From an uncultured Gammaproteobacteria bacterium (GTDB lineage Bacteria > Patescibacteriota > Patescibacteriia > SBBC01 > CAIJZX01), in NCBI GenBank assembly GCA_964397195.1, contig CAYNGY010000002.1:116012-180011 (forward strand): DNA of 64,000 nucleotides, in the 5' to 3' direction. Of this stretch, positions 19,777-29,962 are shown piece after piece (the first letter of the stretch is position 1; each line of letters begins with the position of its first letter). Position numbers and translations under genes: made by a program. Under the pieces are notes generated by a model. That model worked only from the letters and a program-made list of their open reading frames with translations, did no database searches and was not told the origin of the DNA.

Positions 19777-20361
19777 CTAGGGGAGGAGACGGAGGACTGA
19801 CCACCAGGCCGAGATATAGTCGGCGCGGCGATTTTGATGTTTTACGTAGTAGGCGTGTTCCCAGACGTCGAGGCCGATCAGGGGTACGTGCTGGTCTAGA
19901 ATCGGGGAATCTTGATTGGGTGTGGCACGCAGCGCAAGCTTTCCGGCTTGATCACGGACGAGCCACATCCATCCACTGCCAAAAACCGCCGCGGCGCCGT
20001 CGCTAAACTTCTTCTTAAAGTCATCAAGTGAGCCAAACGTACTTGTAATTTCGGCAATCAAGCTCGCATCGATCTTTTTTTCCGGACCGATGATATTCCA
20101 GAAGAAAGAGTGGTTGGCATGCCCCCCGCCGTGATTTCGGATTGCGAGGCGGACTGTGTCAGGAATATCGAGCGTTGCTAGCTGCCCGAGGAGCGATCCG
20201 AGCTCAAGCGACTGCAAGTGCGGGTACGGTTCAAGCGCGGCATTCAGCTTGTCTACGTATGTCTGATGATGTTTGGTATGGTGAATACGCATCGTTTCCG
20301 TATCAATATACGGTTCGAGCGCGTCGTAGTCGTATCCGAGGGCGGGGAGGGTGTAGGACAT
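19777..20361 (-). CDS. sodA: Mn/Fe superoxide dismutase
   Basis: MSYTLPALGYDYDALEP; HHTKHH; NHGGGHANH; DVWEHAYY. Confidence 0.95.
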   Translation of the reverse strand: MSYTLPALGYDYDALEPYIDTETMRIHHTKHHQTYVDKLNAALEPYPHLQSLELGSLLGQLATLDIPDTVRLAIRNHGGGHANHSFFWNIIGPEKKIDASLIAEITSTFGSLDDFKKKFSDGAAAVFGSGWMWLVRDQAGKLALRATPNQDSPILDQHVPLIGLDVWEHAYYVKHQNRRADYISAWWSVLRLLP

Positions 20362-20471
20362 AGAAAAGATGAATGATGAGGGTTTAGACATTGTACAGGA
20401 AAAAACCATTCTCCGTGACCGTTGTGGATTCGAGATAAATATTGTATAGTATGAACGAGTTTTCAAACGTT

Positions 20472-22277
20472 GTGATCACCTCAAAAACCCAACAAATATC
20501 TCTCGCCTTCGGTGCCCTCGCGGTTATAGTGACCGTTAGTGTGCTTGGTATTGGTCGCGTTGCAGAGGCGCAATCCACAACCTCGCCGAAACTCTATATT
20601 TACCAGGGCGTCATCTCGATCAGTCCGGCCGCCGGGCAGGTAATGGAGTTGGGGGCAAATGGGACGACGATTGCGACGAATGGAAATATTGCGCTTCGAC
20701 CGTCGAATGGGACGGTGACCTTCGGGCCGGCAAATGCCATTGATGAGGGCGGCGAGCTTGATCTTCAAGGAGCCTCGTCGTCGTATCCAACGTGGGGGAT
20801 CGATTCGTACGTTGATTTGTTCGCCACTCCCGATGTTGTCTCATACCTACGTTTCTATCACGGCGCAAGTGTTCCATTGAAGGTGGGAAATGACGGAAAA
20901 ACGAGTATCAATGGCCAACTGTGCTTTGGGGCCGGGCTTGGGGACTGTATCTCAAACTGGTCGTCGGTTGGTGGAGGTGTTGACACCTTGTCGTCACTCT
21001 TGAGCCCGATAAATAGCGGTAATACCTCGATGACCCCAGTTGTTCTTGGGCAAGGTAGTGGGCCGGTGACCGCGACGGCCCGTTTTGATATCAGTACCAC
21101 GTCGAGTGCCTTTAATGCCTATCCGTCCCTCAACGCGGTTTCGGCACACAGTTCAGTGGTTAGCGATCCGAAAGGTGCGGCCATCCGGGCGGAGAACCCA
21201 AATGGAGGGTGGGCGGGATACTTTAGCGGCCGGGTGGGGGTGTTTCAGCCGGGTGCTTCTGATCCCGGATTTGCCGACGCGACGGTAGTTCGACTCTCGG
21301 GAGATCATACGTTTCAATCATCGCAAGGCGTGTTGAATGTTACGAACTTGCGCCCGAGTTCCTACGCGGCGCGTTTTGTTGGCGCGGTCGAAATTACCGG
21401 GAGCGGTGGTCGGGTGCCTGGCGCTGCGTCAACCGGTGTGGACGCCGATGCCGCGCTCGACATATTTAATTCGACATCGACGGAAGTATTTCGAGCGACG
21501 AGCCCTTCGCTCAACGGGGCGGCCATTTGGGCCCAAGCGGGGAATCCTTACACAAATGGCATGGTCACCTCAGCGTTCTATGGCCAGGGTGGCGCTTGGC
21601 CAAGCCCCGCCTCGGATCAGGTCGGCCTGCAATACGCCGGGTTCTTCACGGGTGCAAATGTGGTTGAAGGCGTTCTTTCTATCCAGCCGTATGATGCGTC
21701 TGACCGATGGGGATTATTAATACAGGGGATGACCCGAAGAGCGAATGTCGCTTTTAATGGTGCTAAACAAACGGCTGAGATGCAGGTGTGTGAGCTGAGT
21801 AGCAATACCTGTTATGGAAAGTACGTTGCCACGATTGGTCATGGGACGCGTGGTGGGGACCGGGCGACAACACAACTCTGTTACGAAAGTGGCGGAGCGG
21901 TGACCTGCCGAGCGATGTATGTGAGCCAGTCGGGTTGTGTTGGGACCGGGTCGGTCGGACTTAAATTGGGAAGTAGCTCGTCGGCGGCCCGGAGTTATTT
22001 CGTGACGCCAGTCCCACAAACTCCTTCTTGCCGCGGTGCGGAGTTGGGTGCACCGTACCAAGAGTATGTGGCGAATGCCGGTGATTCCCCGTATCGGGCG
22101 GCGCCGACAGCTCAGCAATTTTGTGTGTCGGGGACGCCGACGCTCGTCGCGCCAAATTATGCCCAAGATCAGCTCCATGGCGGCTGTTACCTCGTCTCAA
22201 CTTCTCCGCCGGCGTTCCAAGCGTACGCGGTGACTCTACCAACTACTGAGTTAGTACAAACGCTTGAAATCCGTTAA
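20472..22277 (+). CDS. secreted fibre/adhesin-like beta-rich protein, paralog 1
   Basis: signal peptide; Gly/Ser/Thr-rich; GWAGYFSG; Cys-rich C-terminus; start uncertain (ATG 20451 or GTG 20472). Confidence 0.6.
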   Translation: MITSKTQQISLAFGALAVIVTVSVLGIGRVAEAQSTTSPKLYIYQGVISISPAAGQVMELGANGTTIATNGNIALRPSNGTVTFGPANAIDEGGELDLQGASSSYPTWGIDSYVDLFATPDVVSYLRFYHGASVPLKVGNDGKTSINGQLCFGAGLGDCISNWSSVGGGVDTLSSLLSPINSGNTSMTPVVLGQGSGPVTATARFDISTTSSAFNAYPSLNAVSAHSSVVSDPKGAAIRAENPNGGWAGYFSGRVGVFQPGASDPGFADATVVRLSGDHTFQSSQGVLNVTNLRPSSYAARFVGAVEITGSGGRVPGAASTGVDADAALDIFNSTSTEVFRATSPSLNGAAIWAQAGNPYTNGMVTSAFYGQGGAWPSPASDQVGLQYAGFFTGANVVEGVLSIQPYDASDRWGLLIQGMTRRANVAFNGAKQTAEMQVCELSSNTCYGKYVATIGHGTRGGDRATTQLCYESGGAVTCRAMYVSQSGCVGTGSVGLKLGSSSSAARSYFVTPVPQTPSCRGAELGAPYQEYVANAGDSPYRAAPTAQQFCVSGTPTLVAPNYAQDQLHGGCYLVSTSPPAFQAYAVTLPTTELVQTLEIR

Positions 22278-22280
22278 TTC

Positions 22281-23732
22281 ATGAAACCCGTCTTTATCAC
22301 AACTCAGAACCGGATGCGTCGACAGCTGATGTGGTTGTTGGCGTTGGTTTTGAGCAGTGTGGGGTGGATGCTCTGGCCACGGACAGTCGTCTTAGCTGGT
22401 CCGGTGACTGCGGCGCCGACAAAAGTGACCGTTTATCAAGGAGTAGCGGCAATTTCGCCGGTAGCCGGCCAAATTATGGAGCTTGGAAATAATGGCACGG
22501 ATATCGCTACAAATAACGGCACATTAAATTTTATTCCCGGGACTAACAATGGAGTGCTCATCACCCCAGCCGGCACGTCTCCGGCCGGTGGGAAAATAAC
22601 TCTGCTTCCGCCATCGAGCACGGTGTATCAGGAATGGCAGATTAAGCTCAACGGCAATTACCTGCAATTTTATACACCATCAGGCACAGAGCGTTTTACA
22701 CTTGGTAAGGACGGGGATGCGCATATTATGGGCGGCTTATGCTTGACGGATCGATGCATTACCGGTTGGTCGCAGGTGGGTGGCGGTACCGGCGCATTGC
22801 AAACACTAGATGGCGTTCTTACCCAGGGGAACAGCTCGAATCATCCTATTGTCATACACCAGTTGGCTGGTGCTTCAACGGTGTATGAAAACGCCAGTGG
22901 CCTGCTTGACGCTTCAACTGATCCGGCCAGCGTCCCGTATATTGATGCCGGTACAAATTTGAATGTCTTTGCCTCGGGTATTTTTACGTCACATACACAA
23001 CCGATGATGGCCCAAGGCGGATCGGCACTGTACGCCGAAAATCCATCGGGGTATGCCGGCTATTTTAGTGGCTCACTCGGCATTCAAACAACAAACGGCG
23101 GGTCAAATTTACTCGGCTCATTCTATGCACTTGCTGCTGATGGCGCGGTTGACCCGACGCGTGGGTATATCTTGGAAGTCGTCGATGCGGTCAACGGATC
23201 GGCGGCGCGTTTTACCGGATCAGTGCGCTTAGGCGGTAATAACGTCTCCTTCCAACCGGTGCTGGATGTCGTCAGTACGGCCACAACCGGGAATACGGTC
23301 AAAAGTTACGGCGCTGAGGAAGAGGGGCCAGCGGTTTTTGGGACGGCTGGGTTTGCCGGGAATACTGGTGGACCGTTACCAACCGGCGCAGTCTCTTCAG
23401 CCATTCGCGGCAACGCGGGGACCGGAAATTCTTATGGCGCTTTTTTCCATGGCCATACGCGGGTTGACGGGGTGTTACGGGTGTACTCGACTACGGGTGG
23501 GGAAGGGATTCGTTTGAATGGAAGTGCGCGGCTTAAGACACAAACCGGTTTGTGGGTGTATCCGGTTGGCTCGGATATCGCCGCCGGTCGGTATGTCTAC
23601 ACCGTGGCCGCCGTGGGGACACCGGCGCGGGGGACGGGGACTCAGCTGTGTTATGAAGTGGAAATCTCCTATAACACCACTTGTGTTTCAATGTACACGG
23701 CGGGTGGGGCCCTTAGTTATGAATTACGGTAG
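22281..23732 (+). CDS. secreted fibre/adhesin-like protein, paralog 2
   Basis: signal peptide; shares YQG, LCL..C..W, GYAGYFSG and C-terminal ELR blocks with its neighbours. Confidence 0.6.
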   Translation: MKPVFITTQNRMRRQLMWLLALVLSSVGWMLWPRTVVLAGPVTAAPTKVTVYQGVAAISPVAGQIMELGNNGTDIATNNGTLNFIPGTNNGVLITPAGTSPAGGKITLLPPSSTVYQEWQIKLNGNYLQFYTPSGTERFTLGKDGDAHIMGGLCLTDRCITGWSQVGGGTGALQTLDGVLTQGNSSNHPIVIHQLAGASTVYENASGLLDASTDPASVPYIDAGTNLNVFASGIFTSHTQPMMAQGGSALYAENPSGYAGYFSGSLGIQTTNGGSNLLGSFYALAADGAVDPTRGYILEVVDAVNGSAARFTGSVRLGGNNVSFQPVLDVVSTATTGNTVKSYGAEEEGPAVFGTAGFAGNTGGPLPTGAVSSAIRGNAGTGNSYGAFFHGHTRVDGVLRVYSTTGGEGIRLNGSARLKTQTGLWVYPVGSDIAAGRYVYTVAAVGTPARGTGTQLCYEVEISYNTTCVSMYTAGGALSYELR

Positions 23733-23733
23733 C

Positions 23734-25269
23734 ATGGCGATACGCATGAAACATCTCGCGCGCTCAGCCCTCGGCATCGGTATGGTGTTTGCGGTCGTCT
23801 GGTTGGCGAGCATGCAACCGGTGTCGGCCGGCCCGATCACCGGGACACCGGGAAGCCCACCGTATCCAAAACTTACCGTGTACCAAGGGATCGTTGCCAT
23901 CACGCCCGGGGCATCGACGTCCTTAAAACTTGGAAAGAATGGCAACACCATCCAGTCAAACGGTGCGATTGTTCTTAACCCAACCAATGGCACAGTCAGT
24001 GTGACGCCGCAGAATAATCAGGCCGAGGGTGCCGAGCTGGTGTTTACGCCGCCGAGCAGCGCGACGGTCTATTCGACATGGCATCTTGATAACTATGTGG
24101 CCGGGCTACCGACCACACCGGTGAGTAAAGCGCGAATTTTCAGTGACGGTGTCGAGCGTCTCAATGTGACTGAAGCGGGGGATCTTGAGGTGCGTGGTCA
24201 GCTGTGTCTGAACTCGTCCGGATGCCACGCTCGTTTTGATGAACTCGGTGGGACGGGAAATCAAAATCTCGATCAGGTGCTGGCCGGGGGGAACATGGCG
24301 AATACGTGGATGTGGATCGGATCTCAAAACTATACGCCGTACTACGCGCAACCGTATTATCAAAGTTCGTGGTTCATGGTCGGCCAAGTCTTAGCCGAAG
24401 TCGACGTTGCCTACGGGACGTCCTTGGGCGAGGACTGGTCACGCCTGAACGGTATCTCCGCGAAGGCCAACCATCCGATGGGTCTGGCGCCATCCGGCAC
24501 GCCGTATGGTTCAGCGTTGTACGGAGAAGACAATGTTGGTTGGGCGGGGTATATAAAGGGCGTGACCGGCATCTTCGGTCCCGGATCCGGCAGCCCAACA
24601 TTTAGTGCCGACTCATTGGTGCGGATGGCGGGGTCAGTGCCGACGGGTACCGGGTATGTACTTGATGTATATAATGCGAATGTTCGCGGACAGGCGGCGA
24701 CGTTTTCGGGGAGCGTAAAATTAACCGGGACCGGCGCAGTGGGGGCTGAACCGGAAGCTGAGTTGGTGGTGCACAATAGTCGACCGGAACGACGTGGGAC
24801 GACGATTCGAGTGGCGGCGGCATATGAAAGCAGTTCGGTGGTTGGGTACGCGCAAAATACTTCTTCGGGATCACCGACGTACGGTCTGTATGGTATCATG
24901 GGCACCGCGACCGGTGGGGCGACCTCCTATGCGGCCTGGCTCCATGGGAATGCACAGATTACTAACCAGGGCGGAGTGCTGGGGCAGGTCAATGTACGTC
25001 CATATGGCGGCTCAACGCCGTGGGGAATTCAATTCGGAGCCTCAGGACGCATCAAGTTGGCGACTGAAACGTGGGTCTGTCCGGTGAATAGCGACGACTG
25101 TTCGGGATACGGTAAATATATTCGCACGACGTGTGGGCCGACGGGCGCCGAGTGCACCGCGGCGAATTACACTGATCGGGCCAATATGAAATATTGCTAT
25201 GACCATACGGGGGCCAATGTCTGTCAGTTGGTGTATAGCGGTGGTGTCCAGGCGTTTGAATTGCGTTAG
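23734..25269 (+). CDS. secreted fibre/adhesin-like protein, paralog 3
   Basis: ATG right after the previous stop; signal peptide; same conserved blocks. Confidence 0.6.
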   Translation: MAIRMKHLARSALGIGMVFAVVWLASMQPVSAGPITGTPGSPPYPKLTVYQGIVAITPGASTSLKLGKNGNTIQSNGAIVLNPTNGTVSVTPQNNQAEGAELVFTPPSSATVYSTWHLDNYVAGLPTTPVSKARIFSDGVERLNVTEAGDLEVRGQLCLNSSGCHARFDELGGTGNQNLDQVLAGGNMANTWMWIGSQNYTPYYAQPYYQSSWFMVGQVLAEVDVAYGTSLGEDWSRLNGISAKANHPMGLAPSGTPYGSALYGEDNVGWAGYIKGVTGIFGPGSGSPTFSADSLVRMAGSVPTGTGYVLDVYNANVRGQAATFSGSVKLTGTGAVGAEPEAELVVHNSRPERRGTTIRVAAAYESSSVVGYAQNTSSGSPTYGLYGIMGTATGGATSYAAWLHGNAQITNQGGVLGQVNVRPYGGSTPWGIQFGASGRIKLATETWVCPVNSDDCSGYGKYIRTTCGPTGAECTAANYTDRANMKYCYDHTGANVCQLVYSGGVQAFELR

Positions 25270-25278
25270 TCGACATGT

Positions 25279-25881
25279 ATGATTTTGCTTGAAGCGGAAC
25301 ATGACCGCCGATTTTCGGTTTCGCGGCTGAAGTGGCCGATGATTGTCCATGGTCGGGCTGGGGCCGGCGCCAGTATGGCGACAGTCGTGATGGCGGCTGA
25401 ACTGATTCGAAGCGGCGAGTCGGTTGTCTGGATGTGTGCTAAGCCGACTGCAATCCGGACATTACGTGATGAGCTCGGCCTTGAGACCAAGGCGCCGATT
25501 CGCGCGCCGACGGTTTCGGCGCAACAGGAGTCACTTGCAGATGCGCAGTTGGTGACGATGCACGGAAAATCTTCGTTTCTGGAAACGTCGTTGCGCGCTC
25601 TTCCAGACTGGCAATCACGGGTAGTGATTGTAAAGAATATTGAGGATATCTTGAGTCCAACCTTGTGGTCGATGATTGCCGATCATCCGCGGCTCATCCT
25701 TTCCGGTGATGTTGGGAGTATGCCGTGGCCGCTCCCGCATCACGGCTGGCAGTCCGCACTGGCATTTTCGGCTTGGCCACCGCCGTGGTCTCACGACGAT
25801 CCAATCCGCCCGCCTTTCATCGGGTATTTGCGAATTGGACGATCACACCCGACGGCTGTGATTATCGCTGAATCACGATGA
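25279..25881 (+). CDS. hypothetical protein, possibly degenerate P-loop fold
   Basis: IVHGRAGAGAS resembles a Walker A lacking Lys. Confidence 0.5.
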   Translation: MILLEAEHDRRFSVSRLKWPMIVHGRAGAGASMATVVMAAELIRSGESVVWMCAKPTAIRTLRDELGLETKAPIRAPTVSAQQESLADAQLVTMHGKSSFLETSLRALPDWQSRVVIVKNIEDILSPTLWSMIADHPRLILSGDVGSMPWPLPHHGWQSALAFSAWPPPWSHDDPIRPPFIGYLRIGRSHPTAVIIAESR

Positions 25882-25954
25882 GGTGGTGGTTTGGCCGTGC
25901 GTTGACAGGACACCTTTTTTCTGCTAGAGTCGCGTGTTATTCTACATACATCGC

Positions 25955-27424
25955 ATGACCGCATTCCATCATCGCCTGCGACATCATCTCCGATACGCAC
26001 GTCATCGGGTGATCCATCATGCGCGGAATGCCTTCATTCCGCATGAAGGAAACCAGTTCCATCCGCATGCGTTGCGCCGCAGGTCGTTGCATATTGTCGG
26101 TGGGACGCTGATTGCCGCTAAGGTGCTGACGGTCGTATTTGTTTCGCTTTATGCTGGTGAAGCTCGGCTGACGACGATTTCACCTTCGACCATTGTGACC
26201 CAAACAAACATGGCTCGATCAGCCCGTGGTGTCGCCGCCCTCAAGACGAACACAGCGTTGACGAAGGCGGCGCAGGCCAAGGCCAATGATATGGTGGCGA
26301 ACGGTTACTTTGCCCATATTAGCCCAAAAAAAGTAACGCCGTGGTATTGGTTTAAAAAAGCCGGCTATTCGTATACGTATGCCGGCGAAAATCTTGCTAT
26401 TGATTATGCCTCGAGTGAGGATGTGATTAGCGCGTGGCTAGATTCTCCGACGCATCGGGCGAATCTCCTCGGAACGCGGTATAAAGAAATTGGTGTGGCC
26501 ACGGCCACGGGCGTGATTAACGGTGTTGAGTCACAAGTGGTGGTGCAGATGTTCGGCGCTCCGGTCGCAACGAAACCGAAGGTGACGACGCCGAAACCGA
26601 CGCAAACCCCCGACCCTGTCGTTACGAAAAAAGCCATCGTCAAAAAGCCGCTGGTCTTAGGAACGGAAACGAAAATTAATCTCACCGCACCGTCGGTGCT
26701 TTCGCCGGAAATGGGTACGCTGGTGCGGACGGCGCATCCAATTATTGTCGGTACAACAACCCCGCAAGCGACGGTCATCATGATGTCTGGAGATACCACC
26801 ATCGCGACCGGCGTGGCCGAGACGAATGGTGCATTTTCGATTGAACCGGTCGCGGCCTTATCCGACGGCGCTCACCAGTTCAGCATCCGTGCCCAAGCGC
26901 AGGGTGTGACGAGTACGTCGCGGACGATATCGTTTTCGGTTGATACCGTCGCTCCGGAGTATATCAACGAATCGTCGTTTGCAATCCCGGTGATTGGTCG
27001 AACGAATACGTACCTCGTCTCCGTACGTTCCGATGCCACGAGCTTGGTGGCCGTGACTGGTGCGGTTGTGACGCCGTTCCAGCCGTTGGCCGGCCACCAT
27101 GTCGGGCTCGTGACTGTCGGGGACCGCGGAGTCATGGCCGGTGTTATCCGCCTGCGTCTGACTGATGCGGCCGGAAACGATACGTACGCGGCGGTTGTGA
27201 ATACAGAACGATTTACGGATGCGGCCGTGAGCGCTCATATTGGGCCGGGGACTCGGGCTTTGACGACCATCTTCTTCTCGCGGGTTTTCTTGATGATGTT
27301 CTTCGCGTTTTTCTTGGTCGTCGCGCTCGTGAATGTGTCGATGAATTGGCACCGACGCCATCATCCGGCCTTGTTGGGGATCCTGCTCGTCCTCTATACG
27401 GCCGGAACACTGCTGATTCTCTAG
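25955..27424 (+). CDS. CAP (SCP) domain + Ig-like domain membrane protein
   Basis: AAQAKANDM...YFAH; AGENLA; WLDSPTHRANL; LSDGAH...VDTVAP Ig; C-terminal TMs. Confidence 0.85.
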   Translation: MTAFHHRLRHHLRYARHRVIHHARNAFIPHEGNQFHPHALRRRSLHIVGGTLIAAKVLTVVFVSLYAGEARLTTISPSTIVTQTNMARSARGVAALKTNTALTKAAQAKANDMVANGYFAHISPKKVTPWYWFKKAGYSYTYAGENLAIDYASSEDVISAWLDSPTHRANLLGTRYKEIGVATATGVINGVESQVVVQMFGAPVATKPKVTTPKPTQTPDPVVTKKAIVKKPLVLGTETKINLTAPSVLSPEMGTLVRTAHPIIVGTTTPQATVIMMSGDTTIATGVAETNGAFSIEPVAALSDGAHQFSIRAQAQGVTSTSRTISFSVDTVAPEYINESSFAIPVIGRTNTYLVSVRSDATSLVAVTGAVVTPFQPLAGHHVGLVTVGDRGVMAGVIRLRLTDAAGNDTYAAVVNTERFTDAAVSAHIGPGTRALTTIFFSRVFLMMFFAFFLVVALVNVSMNWHRRHHPALLGILLVLYTAGTLLIL

Positions 27425-27443
27425 TCTTGTCGCTGATTTCAAG

Positions 27444-27470
27444 GTCTGCTACACTGTGTCGTAGATAGAC
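27444..27470. promoter_or_regulatory. putative BlaI-type operator overlapping the -10 box (TACACT)
   Basis: imperfect palindrome GTCT.CTAC...GTAG..AGAC directly before the blaI-like ATG. Confidence 0.4.
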
Positions 27471-27471
27471 T

Positions 27472-27849
27472 ATGAAATACTTTTTAGGCACACTTGAATC
27501 CGCGATCATGGATGTCGTCTGGACCCGTGGTGCTTCGACGGTTCGAGATGTCATGAAGGCGCTGCAACCACAGCGTCGTTTAGCGTATACGACTATCATG
27601 ACCGTGATGAATCGTCTCCAAGGTGACGGGTGCCTCCGACGCTCGGCCGGCCCGGCGAATGCATTTCGCTATACTGCGACTGAAGGCCGGGAGGTGTTTG
27701 CCGCTCGATGTACGCGGGAGAATATTAATGCGCTGGTCGCTCGGTATGGTGATGCGGCGCTGGTGCAGTTTATGGCCAAGCTGGAACGAATTCCGCCGGA
27801 AAAGATTCAGAAGCTCAAGCGCTTAGCCAATCGACCTCGTCATGACTAA
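27472..27849 (+). CDS. BlaI/MecI/CopY-family transcriptional repressor
   Basis: LGTLESAIMDVVW...TVRDV...LAYTTIMTVMNRL. Confidence 0.9.
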   Translation: MKYFLGTLESAIMDVVWTRGASTVRDVMKALQPQRRLAYTTIMTVMNRLQGDGCLRRSAGPANAFRYTATEGREVFAARCTRENINALVARYGDAALVQFMAKLERIPPEKIQKLKRLANRPRHD

Positions 27850-28768
27850 TCGATCGTGGCTGCCAACAGTAGCGGTTGTGGGGACCGTGGTCGCCAGCAT
27901 GGTGGTGCTGGTTGTGGCTGGAGTGCGGGCGTGGCAGTCCGCAAATGACCCACTAGTCGCGGAGTGTGGATGTGGAGCGTTGCTGGTGACGCCAGGGACC
28001 CACGATTTTTGGCCGGCGGCACTTCTTCTGGCCGTGGCGGCGATTATGATCGGACGATTTCTCTGGTCGCTCGGGCGAAGTGTACGGATGGATCGGCGGA
28101 TGCAACGCCGCTTTTCTGAGTTGAGAACGGCGCAGGAAACGTCACGTGGTGGTCAGGCATATACCATCGTCGAAAGTTCCGAGGTGTTTGCCGTTACCGC
28201 CGGTGTGTTTCATCCGCACGTCTACCTCAGTCGTGGTTTTGCCGAGCGCTTGGATCCGGAAGAGTCATTGATGGTTGTCGGTCATGAACTCGCGCACGCC
28301 CGGGCGTATCATCCGGCCTGGTGGATGTTGGCTCGTGCGGCGCATGCGGCCATTGCGCTTTGGCCGGGGAGTCGAAGTCTCTTGGAGTATATTCGAGCCC
28401 GACAAGAGCTCGAAGCTGATCACCAGGCAACAAATGGGTATCAACAGACCGATGTGGCGGCGCGGGTGATGTTAAAGTTAGCAACCGTTGAAGTCTCGGC
28501 CGGATCGGCTTGGTCGATGATGGAAGCGCGAGTCGACCGTCTGCTTGACCCGCACCAACCGCTTTTTTGGCCACGGTCGATGCGTTGGGCGTGGGGCGGG
28601 GTGGTGGCAATGGTGATGGTCGCGATTGGTGTTGGGGCGGCCGCTGTCTCAGCTTCCGCACCGGCAACGCCAGATTCAGCCCAGTGTGTCGATCGTCGGC
28701 GGCTTTGCGCGCCGTCGCCAGTACGTCCGCCGATGACAACTTTGCGCTCAACCTATGGCTCGCGGTAA
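27842..28768 (+). CDS. M56/M48 membrane zinc metallopeptidase (BlaR1-like)
   Basis: TAGVFHPHVYLS; HELAH; ELEAD; paired with blaI-like gene. Confidence 0.85.
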   Translation: MTNRSWLPTVAVVGTVVASMVVLVVAGVRAWQSANDPLVAECGCGALLVTPGTHDFWPAALLLAVAAIMIGRFLWSLGRSVRMDRRMQRRFSELRTAQETSRGGQAYTIVESSEVFAVTAGVFHPHVYLSRGFAERLDPEESLMVVGHELAHARAYHPAWWMLARAAHAAIALWPGSRSLLEYIRARQELEADHQATNGYQQTDVAARVMLKLATVEVSAGSAWSMMEARVDRLLDPHQPLFWPRSMRWAWGGVVAMVMVAIGVGAAAVSASAPATPDSAQCVDRRRLCAPSPVRPPMTTLRSTYGSR

Positions 28769-29384
28769 GTGGCAGTGGTGGCTCCTCGGCGGAGTAGCGG
28801 TCGTCGTGGTTGGGACCGTGACAATGGTTTTTTTCGTCTGGCAGTGGGCGCAAGACACAACCACGACACCCGTGAACCCGGCTCATCAGCAGTACGCCGA
28901 TGCCTATCTGGCGACGTGGCGCTCGGATGACGCGGTTGGGGAGGCGACGATGACGGCAACGTTGTTAACACCACAGATGCGAACGTGGCTGGCGGCGGAT
29001 GATCAGCCATCGACCACGGACGGACAGATTTTAAGCAAGTTGATTGACATTCCCACCGCGGACGTGGCCACGGTCCTGACGCTCGACGCACTGCAAAGCT
29101 CGTCGGCGGCTCGGGTGTCGGATGCAATGGTTCAGGCGGCGATTACGATGCACGCCGTTGCCGGTGGATATACACTCGGATCATTCTCGCCGTTAACGCC
29201 GCCGCAAGTGACGACCAACACCAATACGGCACCGACCACGCGTCGGATGTGGCTGGTGACATGGCACCCGACCGCGTCGACCGCCTGGGAGCTCGTTCGT
29301 GACCTCCAGCTGACGGTTGCGAATATCGGTGGTCAGGAACAGCGGGTCTTTACCTGGGCGAACCCGGGACTCCTTGGTACCTAA
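28755..29384 (+). CDS. membrane-anchored hypothetical protein
   Basis: N-terminal TM; TTNTNT linker; overlaps the end of the peptidase gene. Confidence 0.6.
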   Translation: MARGKWQWWLLGGVAVVVVGTVTMVFFVWQWAQDTTTTPVNPAHQQYADAYLATWRSDDAVGEATMTATLLTPQMRTWLAADDQPSTTDGQILSKLIDIPTADVATVLTLDALQSSSAARVSDAMVQAAITMHAVAGGYTLGSFSPLTPPQVTTNTNTAPTTRRMWLVTWHPTASTAWELVRDLQLTVANIGGQEQRVFTWANPGLLGT

Positions 29385-29911
29385 CGCTTGGTGAAGTAGA
29401 GGAAGATCAGCGTCGTGACCACTTGCAGGGCGAGACCGTATCGGAACGGTATATCGCGGCGGACGACTGATGGTCGGACAACTTCGTGTATCCAATATTG
29501 GATGCGGTAGATATAGCGGAGTCCGGTTGGCTTGGTCAGGCGATAGATCCAGCGTACCAGCCAGAGCCAGGACATGCGCTCGTGGATGACCGGGAAGAGC
29601 AAGCTGAGAAAATCTGGGAGAATAGAACCGAGTATGGCCAGCAGCACGAGGCCAGTTTGCGGCACGGGTGTTTGTTGGTAGGTGAAGAGCGTCAGGCCGG
29701 TTAGGACGCCCAAATCAATCAGGCCGTAGTAGAGTACCCGTCGGTATTTTTTCTGGACCCGCCACTCGTCATCATGGTAGATCTTATCATCGCCATGCGG
29801 GATGAAATCGAGCACAAAATGCGAAGCAAATGACGCGGTGAATACGGCCCATGGATTTGATATGGTGCTGGCGATATAGATGCCGGCGGCCGCGTGGACG
29901 GTTAAAAACAT
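29381..29911 (-). CDS. membrane protein, metal-dependent-hydrolase-like
   Basis: HAAAG...SHFVLDFIPH...LPD pattern; several TMs. Confidence 0.6.
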   Translation of the reverse strand: MFLTVHAAAGIYIASTISNPWAVFTASFASHFVLDFIPHGDDKIYHDDEWRVQKKYRRVLYYGLIDLGVLTGLTLFTYQQTPVPQTGLVLLAILGSILPDFLSLLFPVIHERMSWLWLVRWIYRLTKPTGLRYIYRIQYWIHEVVRPSVVRRDIPFRYGLALQVVTTLIFLYFTKR

Positions 29912-29962
29912 AGCGGGCGTAGCCTACGATATTCCCCGGAAAACGGCAAGTGCCCGGCTGGC

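Noticed and set aside
20472-25269. Prophage tail module
   Set aside because: The proteins have signal peptides, and no capsid, terminase, integrase or lysis genes are nearby
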